Below are positions 16,258 through 25,294 of a stretch of DNA of 40,174 nt, piece after piece (position 1 is the first letter of the stretch; the number at the start of each line of letters is the position of its first letter). A program made the position numbers and the translations under genes. The stretch covers positions 1 to 40,174 of the forward strand of contig DATDVC010000044.1 in assembly GCA_036517695.1 (NCBI GenBank). The letters are read 5' to 3'. The stretch is from Minisyncoccota bacterium. GTDB lineage: Bacteria > Patescibacteriota > Minisyncoccia > Phycocordibacterales > WO2-35-19. The notes beneath the pieces are model-generated. The model was not told where the DNA came from. It saw only the letters and a program-made list of their open reading frames with translations, and searched no databases.

Positions 16258-16956
16258 TTAATGAATGATGTCTTTAGGCAGACCATCAGAAAGGATCTGC
16301 CCCTCTCCTATCCTTATGGCTCTTTTGGTAAGCAGGGCATATTCAGGTTCATGAGTAACCATGATTATAGTTTGCCCCTTACCGTTTAGTTCCAAGAAAG
16401 CTTCCATGACAGTGTTCGCCGTTTCCGAATCAAGGTTTGCTGTTGGCTCATCTGCAAATATTATTTTTGGCTCGTGAGCTATCGCTCTAGCAATAGAAAC
16501 TCTCTGCTGTTCACCGCCAGACATTTGGTTCGGTAGATTATCCACCCTCGAAGAAAGACCGACCTTTGAAAGGGCGTCATGCGCCTTCTTATAAGCTATA
16601 CCTTTTTCTATACCCTGCATCAAGAGAGGCACAACTGTATTTTCTGTGGCAGTAAGTTCCGGCACAAGAGCGTAATCTTGAAAAACATACCCAAGCTCAC
16701 GAAGCCGGAAATCTGTGCGCTCATCATGGTCAAGAGAAGTTACGTTTACCCCGTCTATAACTATTTCCCCAGAGTTCGGGTGATCCAAGAGACCCAGCTG
16801 ATAGAGAAGGGTTGATTTACCGGATCCGGACCTGCCAGTTATCGAAAAAAAGCTTCCTTCTTCGACAAAAAAAGACATTTTATCCAAAACCAGTAACTCT
16901 TTGTCTCCAGTTTTAAAAGATTTGGTCAAATTTTTTACTTCGATTATATTTTTCAT
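16258..16956 (-). CDS. ABC transporter ATP-binding protein (MacB/LolD type)
   Basis: Walker A GRSGSGKST, signature MSGGEQQRVSIARA, Walker B IIFADEPTANLD, H-loop MVTHEP. Confidence 0.92.
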   Translation of the reverse strand: MKNIIEVKNLTKSFKTGDKELLVLDKMSFFVEEGSFFSITGRSGSGKSTLLYQLGLLDHPNSGEIVIDGVNVTSLDHDERTDFRLRELGYVFQDYALVPELTATENTVVPLLMQGIEKGIAYKKAHDALSKVGLSSRVDNLPNQMSGGEQQRVSIARAIAHEPKIIFADEPTANLDSETANTVMEAFLELNGKGQTIIMVTHEPEYALLTKRAIRIGEGQILSDGLPKDIIH

Positions 16957-16969
16957 TTTTATTTTATGA

Positions 16970-18247
16970 TCATCTGCCCAGTATTGAGTCCAGCGTATTT
17001 TTCTTTACTACAATGCGCGCAGGGACAAAGCCGGCAATCAAGGTGGCAAACATCAGCATGAAAACTCTAAAGAATGTCGCTCCAACCTCGGCCACCAAAA
17101 TGCCGTCGCTGAAAGGAAATCTTATCGGGTTGGCGGCAATAAAAGGAACCAGAAAACCATATAGAATCAAAAGGCCTATTCCTATGCCAAAAAACGCATA
17201 GAAAACAGATTGAAATATGTAAGCGATCTCGATAGCTTGCGCGCTTATGCCTATACCCTTGAGTATACCGATAAACTTCCTTCTGGTGATAGCGTTGACA
17301 AATATGACGATAAAAATGGTTATGGAAGCGACCACCAGACCAATGGAACCAACCACATTTCCAAGAATTGCGAAAGTATTCTTGATGTCTATCACGAATT
17401 TAGGTAAAGCGTCTTCCGCTGTTTGGACTCTCGCAGTCTCCCCCACCCCGGCTCTTAAAAGAGAATCTTTTACCAGGTTTGGGTCAGTGCCAGGAATTAA
17501 TTTGATAGCTATCTCATCTACATTGTAGTCAGTCCGCCCAATCATATTTCGGAGCACCGAATCAAGCACGTAAGCTCTAAAATCTACTTCGTCAGCCTTG
17601 CTTTGTATCACGCCTTTGACGATAAACTCTTTAGTGTTGCCCGCCACCGAAACCCTGACCTTATCGCCCATCTCCACGTTTTCAAGAAAACTAAAACTTG
17701 CAGAGTCAACCGGAACATATTTTTTTAGAAGACTCGAACCAAGAACAATATACTCGGAATCATTGGGCCCCAGAAAAGAACCTTCTGCCATTTTACTGGA
17801 CAGATTTGTCGTTGCTTCTTCTTTAATAGGGTTTATGCCGGCAATAACTCCACCCGCGCTATTTGGCGCGTCAGTCAACTTGACTCTTGATTTGTAACCG
17901 GCCTCTATAGTTCCAGACTCCAGATATCTAGCCGAGTAAGTCCTCACCCAAGGCAAACTTTCAATCTTTTTCAAAACATCCGGAGTGCTTTCTATATAAC
18001 CCTTCTTTGGAAGCTTGGAGACAAAAACTTCCCCAGTCGAATATTCTCTGTAAACAAGAATAGATCCTTCTATCAGCCCGACCAAAACTCCTCGAACAAC
18101 AACAAGGTTTAGGAATGTTAGAGTCATCACGAAAATAATAAGAGCGGTGGTCGCCTTGCTCGATCTTTTGACCTGCCTCAAAGCCAAAAAGAATCCGAGA
18201 TTAAGCGATATAAAAAACTGATTTATTTTTTTCTTCTGCTTTTCCAT
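16970..18247 (-). CDS. ABC transporter permease, FtsX/MacB-like
   Basis: 425 aa: TM1, a large extracytoplasmic domain, then three C-terminal TM helices (FtsX-domain topology). Adjacent to the ATPase gene. Confidence 0.82.
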   Translation of the reverse strand: MEKQKKKINQFFISLNLGFFLALRQVKRSSKATTALIIFVMTLTFLNLVVVRGVLVGLIEGSILVYREYSTGEVFVSKLPKKGYIESTPDVLKKIESLPWVRTYSARYLESGTIEAGYKSRVKLTDAPNSAGGVIAGINPIKEEATTNLSSKMAEGSFLGPNDSEYIVLGSSLLKKYVPVDSASFSFLENVEMGDKVRVSVAGNTKEFIVKGVIQSKADEVDFRAYVLDSVLRNMIGRTDYNVDEIAIKLIPGTDPNLVKDSLLRAGVGETARVQTAEDALPKFVIDIKNTFAILGNVVGSIGLVVASITIFIVIFVNAITRRKFIGILKGIGISAQAIEIAYIFQSVFYAFFGIGIGLLILYGFLVPFIAANPIRFPFSDGILVAEVGATFFRVFMLMFATLIAGFVPARIVVKKNTLDSILGR

Positions 18248-18260
18248 CTTCTATTTATTG

Positions 18261-18740
18261 CTACTGCAAACCCTTGCAGTTGGCAGCAGGAGTGTAGCCT
18301 TTGGCCCGAGCTTCTTCGATAGAGTTAAAAGTGATTTTATTTTTTTCGGTAATTTGTTTGGCTCCAGCGCACCACGGGTAATGATACTTCGTGCCGTTCT
18401 TTGAAGCAACCACGGTTTCCGCGCTCGGATAACTTGTGCCAGATATCAGAGATGCGGAATTTTGCTGTGTTTCGAGTGGTGCGGAGCTCCCCTCTCTCAG
18501 ATTTAGAGAGGAGTTTGGGAGTGAGTTATTTGAGTTATAAACCCGCACAGGTTCTCTTGTTTTTGTCGCCCCAGAAATTCTGCCTAGAAAAAATGAAGCC
18601 AAAGCCACCAACACCAAAACAGAAGCCAAAAAATATCTGCTTTCTAAAAAAGCCTCTAATTTGGCCTTGAAATCACTTGTATTTTCAAGCTCAAAATCTT
18701 CTTCCGATACATACTCGTCGACACTTGCCTTTTCTTCCAT
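18261..18740 (-). CDS. membrane-anchored protein with a C-terminal Ada-like ('sunset') domain
   Basis: 159 aa: acidic N-terminus, one TM, a Ser/Asn-rich linker, and the C-terminal [40 protein letters not shown] pattern. Confidence 0.6.
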   Translation of the reverse strand: MEEKASVDEYVSEEDFELENTSDFKAKLEAFLESRYFLASVLVLVALASFFLGRISGATKTREPVRVYNSNNSLPNSSLNLREGSSAPLETQQNSASLISGTSYPSAETVVASKNGTKYHYPWCAGAKQITEKNKITFNSIEEARAKGYTPAANCKGLQ

Positions 18741-18747
18741 GTTGGTT

Positions 18748-18755
18748 TAATATTA
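18748..18755. promoter_or_regulatory. overlapping back-to-back -10 boxes in a 23-bp divergent gap
   Basis: In tTAATATTAg, TAATAT reads on the plus strand at 18748-18753 (ATG of rpmA 10 nt later). TAATAT also reads on the minus strand at 18755-18750 (ATG of the 18740 gene 9 nt later). Confidence 0.35.
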
Positions 18756-18763
18756 GCACCACT

Positions 18764-19036
18764 ATGGCACATAAAAAAGCCGCAGGAACAACCAAAAACG
18801 GGAGAGATTCTCAAGCAAAATATCTAGGCGTAAAGATAGCCGACGGCGGTTTTGCTGGTGTCGGCTCTATAATAGTGCGCCAACGAGGATCTAAAATACT
18901 ACCGGGAGACAATGTCGGGCTAGGCCGAGATTACACCATTTTTGCTCTCAAGGAAGGCACTGTAAAGATGAATTCGAAGCGAAAAGTTCATTTTGACGGC
19001 TCCATCGTCACCAAAAAAACAGTAAGCGTAGTCTAG
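18764..19036 (+). CDS. rpmA: 50S ribosomal protein L27
   Basis: [62 protein letters not shown] is the canonical L27 sequence. The track ORF start at 18677 adds a non-L27 extension that overlaps the divergent gene. Confidence 0.93.
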   Translation: MAHKKAAGTTKNGRDSQAKYLGVKIADGGFAGVGSIIVRQRGSKILPGDNVGLGRDYTIFALKEGTVKMNSKRKVHFDGSIVTKKTVSVV

Positions 19037-19063
19037 AAAAAATGTTTATGTAGCAAACATCCG

Positions 19064-19516
19064 CTACTCGGCCTCCACCTCCACCTCAAATTCTTTTTCC
19101 ATGTCCCCCACCACGGCTTTTACCATATGAGAACCTGTTTGCTTGATTGGCGTGTTTATTTTTAAGAATTTTATAAATTCGGCCGGAAGATCTATTTTTG
19201 CCTGACTTTTCAAAGCTTTTGATATGTCTTCTTCGTGCACGGCGGCAAAAAGATGTCCGGAAGAATTTGCTTTTGATTTTATTAAAACATGTGTCTCCGA
19301 AAGAGAGTCCAACTGTTTTCGTAAAAGTTCTTTTTTGGTTTCCAGTTCGGCGTCATTTGCCGATTTCAAAACCATGGCCTTTTTGACTGCGCTCTGACTT
19401 GCAAATTCGGCAAGTTTTTTGGGCAAAAGAAAATTGTTGGCGTATCCGTCTGATACTTCTTTGATCTCATACTTCCGACCAATCCCCTTCACATCTTGTT
19501 TTAAAATTATTTTCAT
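19064..19516 (-). CDS. rplI: 50S ribosomal protein L9
   Basis: MKIILKQDVKGIGRKYEIKEVSDGYANNFLLPKKLA is the L9 N-terminal domain, followed by a long connecting helix and a C-terminal domain. Confidence 0.9.
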   Translation of the reverse strand: MKIILKQDVKGIGRKYEIKEVSDGYANNFLLPKKLAEFASQSAVKKAMVLKSANDAELETKKELLRKQLDSLSETHVLIKSKANSSGHLFAAVHEEDISKALKSQAKIDLPAEFIKFLKINTPIKQTGSHMVKAVVGDMEKEFEVEVEAE

Positions 19517-19522
19517 TTTATT

Positions 19523-20731
19523 TTACAGATTTAGCAAATATTTTACCGCTTCATCAAGGATGGGATCAGCCCCATCTTTTGTGTTTTCTGGAGTCGCGAG
19601 GACTTCAATGTCGGGGGTAATGCCTCCAACAGAAATCGAATTGCCCATCGGAGTCAGCCAGTGAGCCACGGTGATTTTTAGCGAGGTTTCAGAAGTTATG
19701 GGTAGCAGTTCTTGAACCGAACCTTTGCCAAAAGTCTTTTCTCCTATTATCACACCCTTGTCATGCTCTCTCAATGCCCCAGCCAATATCTCCGAAGCCG
19801 AAGCGGAACCGCCGTTTACAAGAATGGCCAACTTCAACCTGTCTGTAAAAACATCATAGCCCTTGCTTCTATATTCGCGTTTTTCTTTGCCCTCGCCGAA
19901 GTCTTCCGTTACCACAACTTTGCCGGTCGGCAGAAACCAACTCGCCATGTCGATCGCCGCCTCCAAAAAACCCCCGGGGTTATTTCTCAAATCGATCACC
20001 AATTTGTCTGCGCCAGATTCAACAAATTCCCTCAACCCTTCCCTAAACAACCCCGTTGAATTCGCAGAAAAATTGTATAATTCTAAGACAAACACGCCCT
20101 CGGGCAACAACTTCGTCTCTACTGTCGGTATTTCGATAGCCGCTCTGATGATATCTTTAGTTACTGGATCCTCCCCTTCTCTTGCAAAAATTATGGACAC
20201 TTTAGTGCCGATTTCTCCCCTTATCAATCTGACGGCCTCGTCAGTATTCATATTTAAAGAAGGTTTGCCGTCAATCGAGAGTATCTTGTCCCCCGGTTTA
20301 ACGCCGGCCTTGAACGCGGGTGTATTTTTTAGAGGGGCAATTACCGTCAGAGAACCGTCGGTTATATCAATCTCCATTCCAACACCGCCAAAACTGCCGC
20401 TTATTTCTTCCTCAAAAACTTTTGCTTCAGCCGGAGGGAAAAATACCGTGTAGGGATCTTTGTAGGACGCGGCAAGACCGCCGATAGCGCCCCAAAGTTT
20501 GTCTTCGCTTGTGACTCCGGGAGTTGTCGAGGAAGATGGAGCAAATCTTTCATTCAAAATGGACCAGGCCTTCCAAAATGGCTCCAGATCAACATTTTCC
20601 GTGCTGGTAGCATTAAGAATTGAAATATTCGCGCGATAATAAGATTGGCCTTTTCCAATTTGGAAACCAACGACAAACACTACGCCAATCAGCACCAACG
20701 ATATTAGTATATTTGCATGTTTTTCTTTCAT
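19523..20731 (-). CDS. ctp: S41-family C-terminal processing peptidase
   Basis: 402 aa with an N-terminal anchor, a PDZ segment (AGVKPGDKILSIDG), the catalytic Ser block NGGSASASEI, and a downstream K in GEKTFGKGSVQ. Confidence 0.9.
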   Translation of the reverse strand: MKEKHANILISLVLIGVVFVVGFQIGKGQSYYRANISILNATSTENVDLEPFWKAWSILNERFAPSSSTTPGVTSEDKLWGAIGGLAASYKDPYTVFFPPAEAKVFEEEISGSFGGVGMEIDITDGSLTVIAPLKNTPAFKAGVKPGDKILSIDGKPSLNMNTDEAVRLIRGEIGTKVSIIFAREGEDPVTKDIIRAAIEIPTVETKLLPEGVFVLELYNFSANSTGLFREGLREFVESGADKLVIDLRNNPGGFLEAAIDMASWFLPTGKVVVTEDFGEGKEKREYRSKGYDVFTDRLKLAILVNGGSASASEILAGALREHDKGVIIGEKTFGKGSVQELLPITSETSLKITVAHWLTPMGNSISVGGITPDIEVLATPENTKDGADPILDEAVKYLLNL

Positions 20732-20805
20732 TTTTTTCTATGTTTTCTGCTATAATATATCATATATAAATCTTTATAAAAACTATTATTTAGTAGCCAA
20801 AACCA

Positions 20806-21708
20806 ATGATTACAAACAGGTCGTTTTTTGACCAGACTTGGGCAGACGTGAATTCACCAACAAAAGAAGAGCTCGACTCTCTAACACTTTCAGAAAATCT
20901 TGATCCGATAATAGCGAGAGACCTGCTTATACCCACCCCAAAACAGCAGGCCAAAGAATTTGGCGATAGTCTCTATGTGGTCCTTCATGTTCCTTTTTTC
21001 AACCATTCCCGCATGGAAAATTCCGAGCAAGAAATTGATTTTGTAATTTCAGAAAAAAAACTGATCACAGTAAGATACGATAGCATAGACGCACTTCATC
21101 ATTTCAGCAAACAGATTGAGGTTGCCGAAATATTGAACAAAGAGCATCACCCTCATCTATTTTTCGGTCTAGCGGAAGAAATTTATAAATTCCTTTTTGA
21201 TGAGATCGAGTATATGGAAGACCAAATAAAAGAGATCGAGACGAAAACTTTTTCCGGGCTTGAAAAAGAAATGGTTTGGAGTATTTCATACGTGGCGCGC
21301 AATCTTCTTCTGATCAAGCGCACCGTAGGCGCTCACGAGACAGTTTGGGAAAATCTTGAAAAAAATGGGGAGAAACTTTTTGGCGCAAAATTTGCAAAAG
21401 ACGCAAAACGGCTGTTTGAGGAGTGGAAACGCTTGATGGCAACAACCAAAAATATGACAGATGGGCTGGAGGAAATCAGACAGACAAACAACTCCCTTCT
21501 CACAACCAAACAGAACGAGGTTATGCAAGTTTTCACAATTATGGCCTTTGTCACCTTCCCTCTTTCGTTGATTGCTGGGATTTTCGGCATGAACACGACA
21601 TCAATGCCTATAGTCGGTGCGTTGAATGATTTTTGGATAATAGTAGGCATCATGCTTGCCATAAGCATTGCAATGTTTTTCTATTTCAAGTATAAAAAGT
21701 GGATATAA
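20806..21708 (+). CDS. corA: CorA-family magnesium/cobalt transporter
   Basis: 300 aa with a cytoplasmic N-domain and two C-terminal TM helices joined by the GMN motif (IFGMNTTSMP). Confidence 0.88.
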   Translation: MITNRSFFDQTWADVNSPTKEELDSLTLSENLDPIIARDLLIPTPKQQAKEFGDSLYVVLHVPFFNHSRMENSEQEIDFVISEKKLITVRYDSIDALHHFSKQIEVAEILNKEHHPHLFFGLAEEIYKFLFDEIEYMEDQIKEIETKTFSGLEKEMVWSISYVARNLLLIKRTVGAHETVWENLEKNGEKLFGAKFAKDAKRLFEEWKRLMATTKNMTDGLEEIRQTNNSLLTTKQNEVMQVFTIMAFVTFPLSLIAGIFGMNTTSMPIVGALNDFWIIVGIMLAISIAMFFYFKYKKWI

Positions 21709-23093
21709 TGGAAATCAACCTACATAACACGCTAACAAACAAAAAAGAAAAGTTTGAATCACTCGAGAAAGGTGCGGTCAAAATGTACAACTGCGGTCCA
21801 ACAGTTTACGGAAGACAACACATAGGAAATCTTTCGATGTTTGTGTTTGCCGATATATTAAGAAGGACACTGGAATATTCCGGACTCAAGGTAAAGCAGG
21901 TAATAAACTTTACTGACTTTGGGCACCTATCTGGAGACAATGACGGCCAAGCCGACGAGGGAGAAGACAGGATGAGCAAAGGTTTAAAAAGGGAGGGTTT
22001 TGCCTTAACACTCGAAAACATGAGGAAGCTGGCCGAGAAATACGCCAACATTTTCCTTTCTGATCTCAAGCTTTTAAACATTGACCCCGAAAAAATTATT
22101 TTCCCTTACGCTTCAGACTATATAGAAGAACAAATAAATCTTATAAAAATTTTAGAGGAAAAAGGATTCGCCTACAGTGGAGAACAAGGTGTTTATTTTG
22201 ATACCAAGAAATTCCCCAACTACGGCAAGCTTGGCAACATAAATCTTGAGGGCTTGGAGGAAGGCGCTCGCGTATCAAAAACCGAAAAACGAAACCCTAC
22301 AGATTTTATCCTTTGGAAATCAGACAAAAAGCTGGGCTGGGAGTCGCCATGGGGTTTGGGTTTTCCCGGCTGGCACATTGAATGCTCGGCGATGATTATA
22401 AAAATTTTAGGCGAACAAATAGACATCCACACCGGAGGCATCGAGCATATAGGCGTGCATCACAACAATGAAATCGCCCAATCTGAAGCGGCAACCGGCA
22501 CCTCGCCATTTTCAAAATTCTGGCTTCATCGCGAGCATATCAAAATAGATGACATGAAAATCTCAAAATCCGAAGGCACAGCTTTTTATATGGATGATTT
22601 GTTGAAACACAAGATTCACCCTCTCTCCTTCCGCTACTGGTTACTCACTTCACACTACAAAACTCCAGCCAATTTTACCTGGGAAGGAGTGCTTGGCGCC
22701 CAAAATGCTTATGAAAAAATACTCTCCTCTTTCAAAGAACTTCCAGAAGAAAGCGGGAATGATGGCGAGATCGTGAGTGGTTTTGAAGAAGCGATTTCAG
22801 ACGATCTAAATACCCCGAAAGTTATGGCCCTGCTTCAGGACGCAAAATCAAAATATGCGATAAGTAAAATCGATTCTGTTCTTGGTTTGAAAATAGAAAC
22901 TTTGTCCAAAGAAATTTTTGAAAATATCCCCGACGAAATATTGGAGCTCAAAAAAGAACGCGATGATGCAAGAAGTAGAAAAGATTGGCAAAGAAGCGAC
23001 GAACTTAGAGTTGAAATAGAAAAAGAAGGCTACATCCTTGAAGACAAAATTGAATCTGGCACCATCCGCCGTGTTCTCGCCTCGATAAATTGA
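21699..23093 (+). CDS. cysS: cysteinyl-tRNA synthetase
   Basis: CGPTVYGRQHIGNL (HIGH), WHIECS, and KISKSEG (KMSKS). The alternative start at 21708 forms a TAATG overlap with the corA stop. Confidence 0.93.
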   Translation: MDIMEINLHNTLTNKKEKFESLEKGAVKMYNCGPTVYGRQHIGNLSMFVFADILRRTLEYSGLKVKQVINFTDFGHLSGDNDGQADEGEDRMSKGLKREGFALTLENMRKLAEKYANIFLSDLKLLNIDPEKIIFPYASDYIEEQINLIKILEEKGFAYSGEQGVYFDTKKFPNYGKLGNINLEGLEEGARVSKTEKRNPTDFILWKSDKKLGWESPWGLGFPGWHIECSAMIIKILGEQIDIHTGGIEHIGVHHNNEIAQSEAATGTSPFSKFWLHREHIKIDDMKISKSEGTAFYMDDLLKHKIHPLSFRYWLLTSHYKTPANFTWEGVLGAQNAYEKILSSFKELPEESGNDGEIVSGFEEAISDDLNTPKVMALLQDAKSKYAISKIDSVLGLKIETLSKEIFENIPDEILELKKERDDARSRKDWQRSDELRVEIEKEGYILEDKIESGTIRRVLASIN

Positions 23094-23180
23094 GCCCCTT
23101 CCATAAATCAATTCGTTTCTCAAGTTAAATATTTTCCCAAGTCATAATTTTCCCAAGTTATAAATATTTTTAACACACCA

Positions 23181-23225
23181 CAAACAACCCAAGTTCGGGC
23201 GATAGGTCAAACTTGGGTTGTTTTG
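23181..23225. terminator. hairpin terminator shared by cysS and the PaaX-like gene; copy 1 of a duplicated 38-bp hairpin
   Basis: caaacaacccaagtt / loop cgggcgataggtca / aacttgggttgttttg, followed by ttttgttt. Confidence 0.65.
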
Positions 23226-23226
23226 T

Positions 23227-23844
23227 TTATGTTTTATGGTTTGTAAAAGGAAAGGCCATCTTTAATTTTCGATCTGGTTCAATGGAATCCGCAACAATAT
23301 ACTTAATATTCCCTTCCACTCCATACAAACTAGCTATTTTGAATACAGCATCCTTACATTCATGCGGATAAACAAATATCGATTTTTCAAGATTACACAT
23401 TCCGATAAAAGTAAGAGTGTTCGAAAAACGTTTTCTTTGAATTTTCTGTTTCTCTGGAATATCAAAAGTGACTATCCTCCATTTTCCATCCCAGATAGGA
23501 TTGTGAGGCAATTTAATTTTTTTTGCCTGCAAATTAGCAAAGAAATTTTTCCCTTCCTCCGTTAGAGCTAAGTGGCCTTTTCCGTTTTTTATCCAAAAAC
23601 GCACGAATTTCCTATTTTCAAGAGATTTGATTGCCCTTTTTGTTCTGTAGTTGCTTCTGTAATCCGGAGCCCACCCAAGAAGCTTTATTATGTGTCCAGC
23701 CGCGCCAGGAGCGGCTATGCCCAAAAACATTATCGTTCCAATTTTTGCGACACTTTCAAGAATTTCAACGGTTTTTTCGTTTAGTATTGTTTTTCTTTTT
23801 GCTACCACCCACTCATTGTAACCCAAGTTCGGGCGATAGGCCAA
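23227..23844 (-). CDS. PaaX-like (Cas2-fold) putative transcriptional regulator
   Basis: WDGKWRIVTFDIPEKQKIQRKRFSNTLTFIGMCNLEKSIFVYPHE matches the PaaX-family core (WDG.W.lv.fdiPe..r..R..l...L...Gf..l..svwv.P). The TTG start of the track ORF lies inside hairpin copy 2, so the real start may be a few codons downstream. Confidence 0.6.
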   Translation of the reverse strand: MAYRPNLGYNEWVVAKRKTILNEKTVEILESVAKIGTIMFLGIAAPGAAGHIIKLLGWAPDYRSNYRTKRAIKSLENRKFVRFWIKNGKGHLALTEEGKNFFANLQAKKIKLPHNPIWDGKWRIVTFDIPEKQKIQRKRFSNTLTFIGMCNLEKSIFVYPHECKDAVFKIASLYGVEGNIKYIVADSIEPDRKLKMAFPFTNHKT

Positions 23845-23856
23845 ACTTGGGTTGTT
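23820..23856. repeat. copy 2 of the 38-bp hairpin
   Basis: aacccaagttcgggcgataggccaaacttgggttgttt differs from 23186-23222 at one loop base. Confidence 0.85.
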
Positions 23857-23943
23857 TATTAATTTTTTTAAAAATGGTAAAACAAAAATAATTGTGGAAA
23901 AAGTATTTAAATTTAGATATATTTAATCGCAAGTAATAATAAT

Positions 23944-24014
23944 GCGGGTATAGTTTAGTGGCATGATGCGACCTTCCCAAGGTTGAGACGGGGGTTCGAT
24001 TCCCCCTACCCGCA
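23944..24014 (+). tRNA. tRNA-Gly (anticodon CCC)
   Basis: 71 nt. 7-bp acceptor stem gcgggta/tacccgc; T arm ggggg-ttcgatt-ccccc; anticodon stem cgacc/ggttg with loop ttCCCaa. The D stem is weak (two G-U pairs). No CCA is encoded. Confidence 0.88.
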
Positions 24015-24244
24015 CATTAGTATACTTTTCTTACGATTTTCTGAATCTGTTATTTAGTTTTCCGATTTTGGCGGTTATAACACGTTTGTTTTTCTAATAC
24101 TGGAAATGATACGATTTTTTGAACAAAAACTGATTTAAGCCTTAAAATAAGGGTATTCTCAGCTTTTTAGATCGGTTCTAACCGGCTATTTACAAATGTC
24201 TTATTTAATGATTATATGATACGCAGAATAGATAAGGAGAACTT

Positions 24245-24721
24245 ATGCAAATCAAGCGTGTCTCTACTAGAGTAGCCCTAATTGTCTTTGGCATCGTATT
24301 CAAACTTCCAGCCTTGAGGCAAATGACTACTCATGGGCTCCGGTTTCACTACATGCGCGGGATTATCGCTAATGCATCGGAGTTTGCAACTTACATCCTG
24401 TGCAATAAAGCTTCCTTTCTGGCACCAGTTTTTAGTCTGGGCTTCGTAAGTATCTCGAGGTTTGAGAGTGGCGAGAAACCAACATGGGAGGAACTGAGGG
24501 AGATTTTTCGGAAGCTTCCACCCGACGCACAGAAACTTCTTAGATATATGAGTCGTCATCCTTTTACCCCTCAAAACTTTCGGCGAAGTAGCACCGGATT
24601 GAAAATGATCGACTTCGGCGATGGTTTTGGAGAGAGATATCCTTTATCGTACTTTCTTCGTAGATTCCACAAGGAATTTGAAGAAGTACTTAAGGAGGTA
24701 CAGACAGCGGCTATGAAATAG
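24245..24721 (+). CDS. hypothetical protein (possible minimal kinase-like fold)
   Basis: 158 aa with a good SD (ataAGGAGAacttATG). The motif order VFKLP ... SEF ... HPFTPQNF ... MIDFGD resembles the beta3-Lys, alphaC-Glu, catalytic-loop and DFG elements of protein-kinase-like folds. This is unverified. Confidence 0.5.
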   Translation: MQIKRVSTRVALIVFGIVFKLPALRQMTTHGLRFHYMRGIIANASEFATYILCNKASFLAPVFSLGFVSISRFESGEKPTWEELREIFRKLPPDAQKLLRYMSRHPFTPQNFRRSSTGLKMIDFGDGFGERYPLSYFLRRFHKEFEEVLKEVQTAAMK

Positions 24722-24743
24722 TCGCTGTTTTTGTATTAAAAAA

Positions 24744-25133
24744 TTATTTCGGTGGATATAAATATGCAGTAACAGCATCATACATTTTTTTCATTTCTAA
24801 GACATGAGGTTCGAAAGCCTTATTGAGATGTAGACACCAATAGCGGTAATTATCGTGAAAACCATAATCGTCCTCCTCAAACAGCCTTGAAGTAAAGGCA
24901 TTCCTATACTTTATCTCAATAGGCATTTGTATTTTTTGAAATAGGTCAAACCACAAGGCGTCAAATTCCTTTAATTCATCTGTACCTTTAGATGTAGATT
25001 TATCTTTATTTTCATAATATCTAGATTGGTAATGTCCATATAGTCTCAACAATATATCGTCATATTTATCTAATCCATAATCTTTGTACTTACTAAGCTC
25101 AGTTTTTATCAAAAGTGGATGTAAATTTATCAT
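24744..25133 (-). CDS. hypothetical protein
   Basis: 129-aa AT-rich ORF, rich in Tyr/Lys/Asp, with no recognisable motif. Confidence 0.45.
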   Translation of the reverse strand: MINLHPLLIKTELSKYKDYGLDKYDDILLRLYGHYQSRYYENKDKSTSKGTDELKEFDALWFDLFQKIQMPIEIKYRNAFTSRLFEEDDYGFHDNYRYWCLHLNKAFEPHVLEMKKMYDAVTAYLYPPK

Positions 25134-25260
25134 TCCCCATATTATTTATGGGATAATACTACATTCGGTTATAACTTGGTATACTAATCCTAAAATATCC
25201 TTATTTTATAACACATTTTTGATATTTAATCTGACAGAATTGAGTTTTGAATAAAATTTG

Positions 25261-25288
25261 TTGACAAAATTTTATAGTTTGATAGCAT
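25261..25288 (+). promoter_or_regulatory. strong sigma70-type promoter with no downstream ORF
   Basis: TTGACA (25261-25266), a 16-nt spacer, then TGaTAGCAT as an extended -10 (25280-25288). Confidence 0.55.
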
Positions 25289-25294
25289 TTCCCC

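Noticed and set aside
14686-18247. The MacAB/HlyD tripartite-type efflux operon could be anomalous in a cell probably lacking an outer membrane.
   Set aside because: Comparable permease-ATPase-adaptor operons without a TolC partner are known in monoderm bacteria, so this is not by itself unusual.
18677-18763. N-terminal extension of L27 suggested by the 119-aa track ORF.
   Set aside because: The canonical L27 N-terminus [16 protein letters not shown] begins at the ATG at 18764. The extension overlaps the divergent gene and has no L27 similarity.
23860-25290. Prophage or integrative element at tRNA-Gly.
   Set aside because: No integrase, recombinase or phage structural genes are present, and I could not find a duplicated tRNA 3' segment. 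Only a compositional islet is reported.
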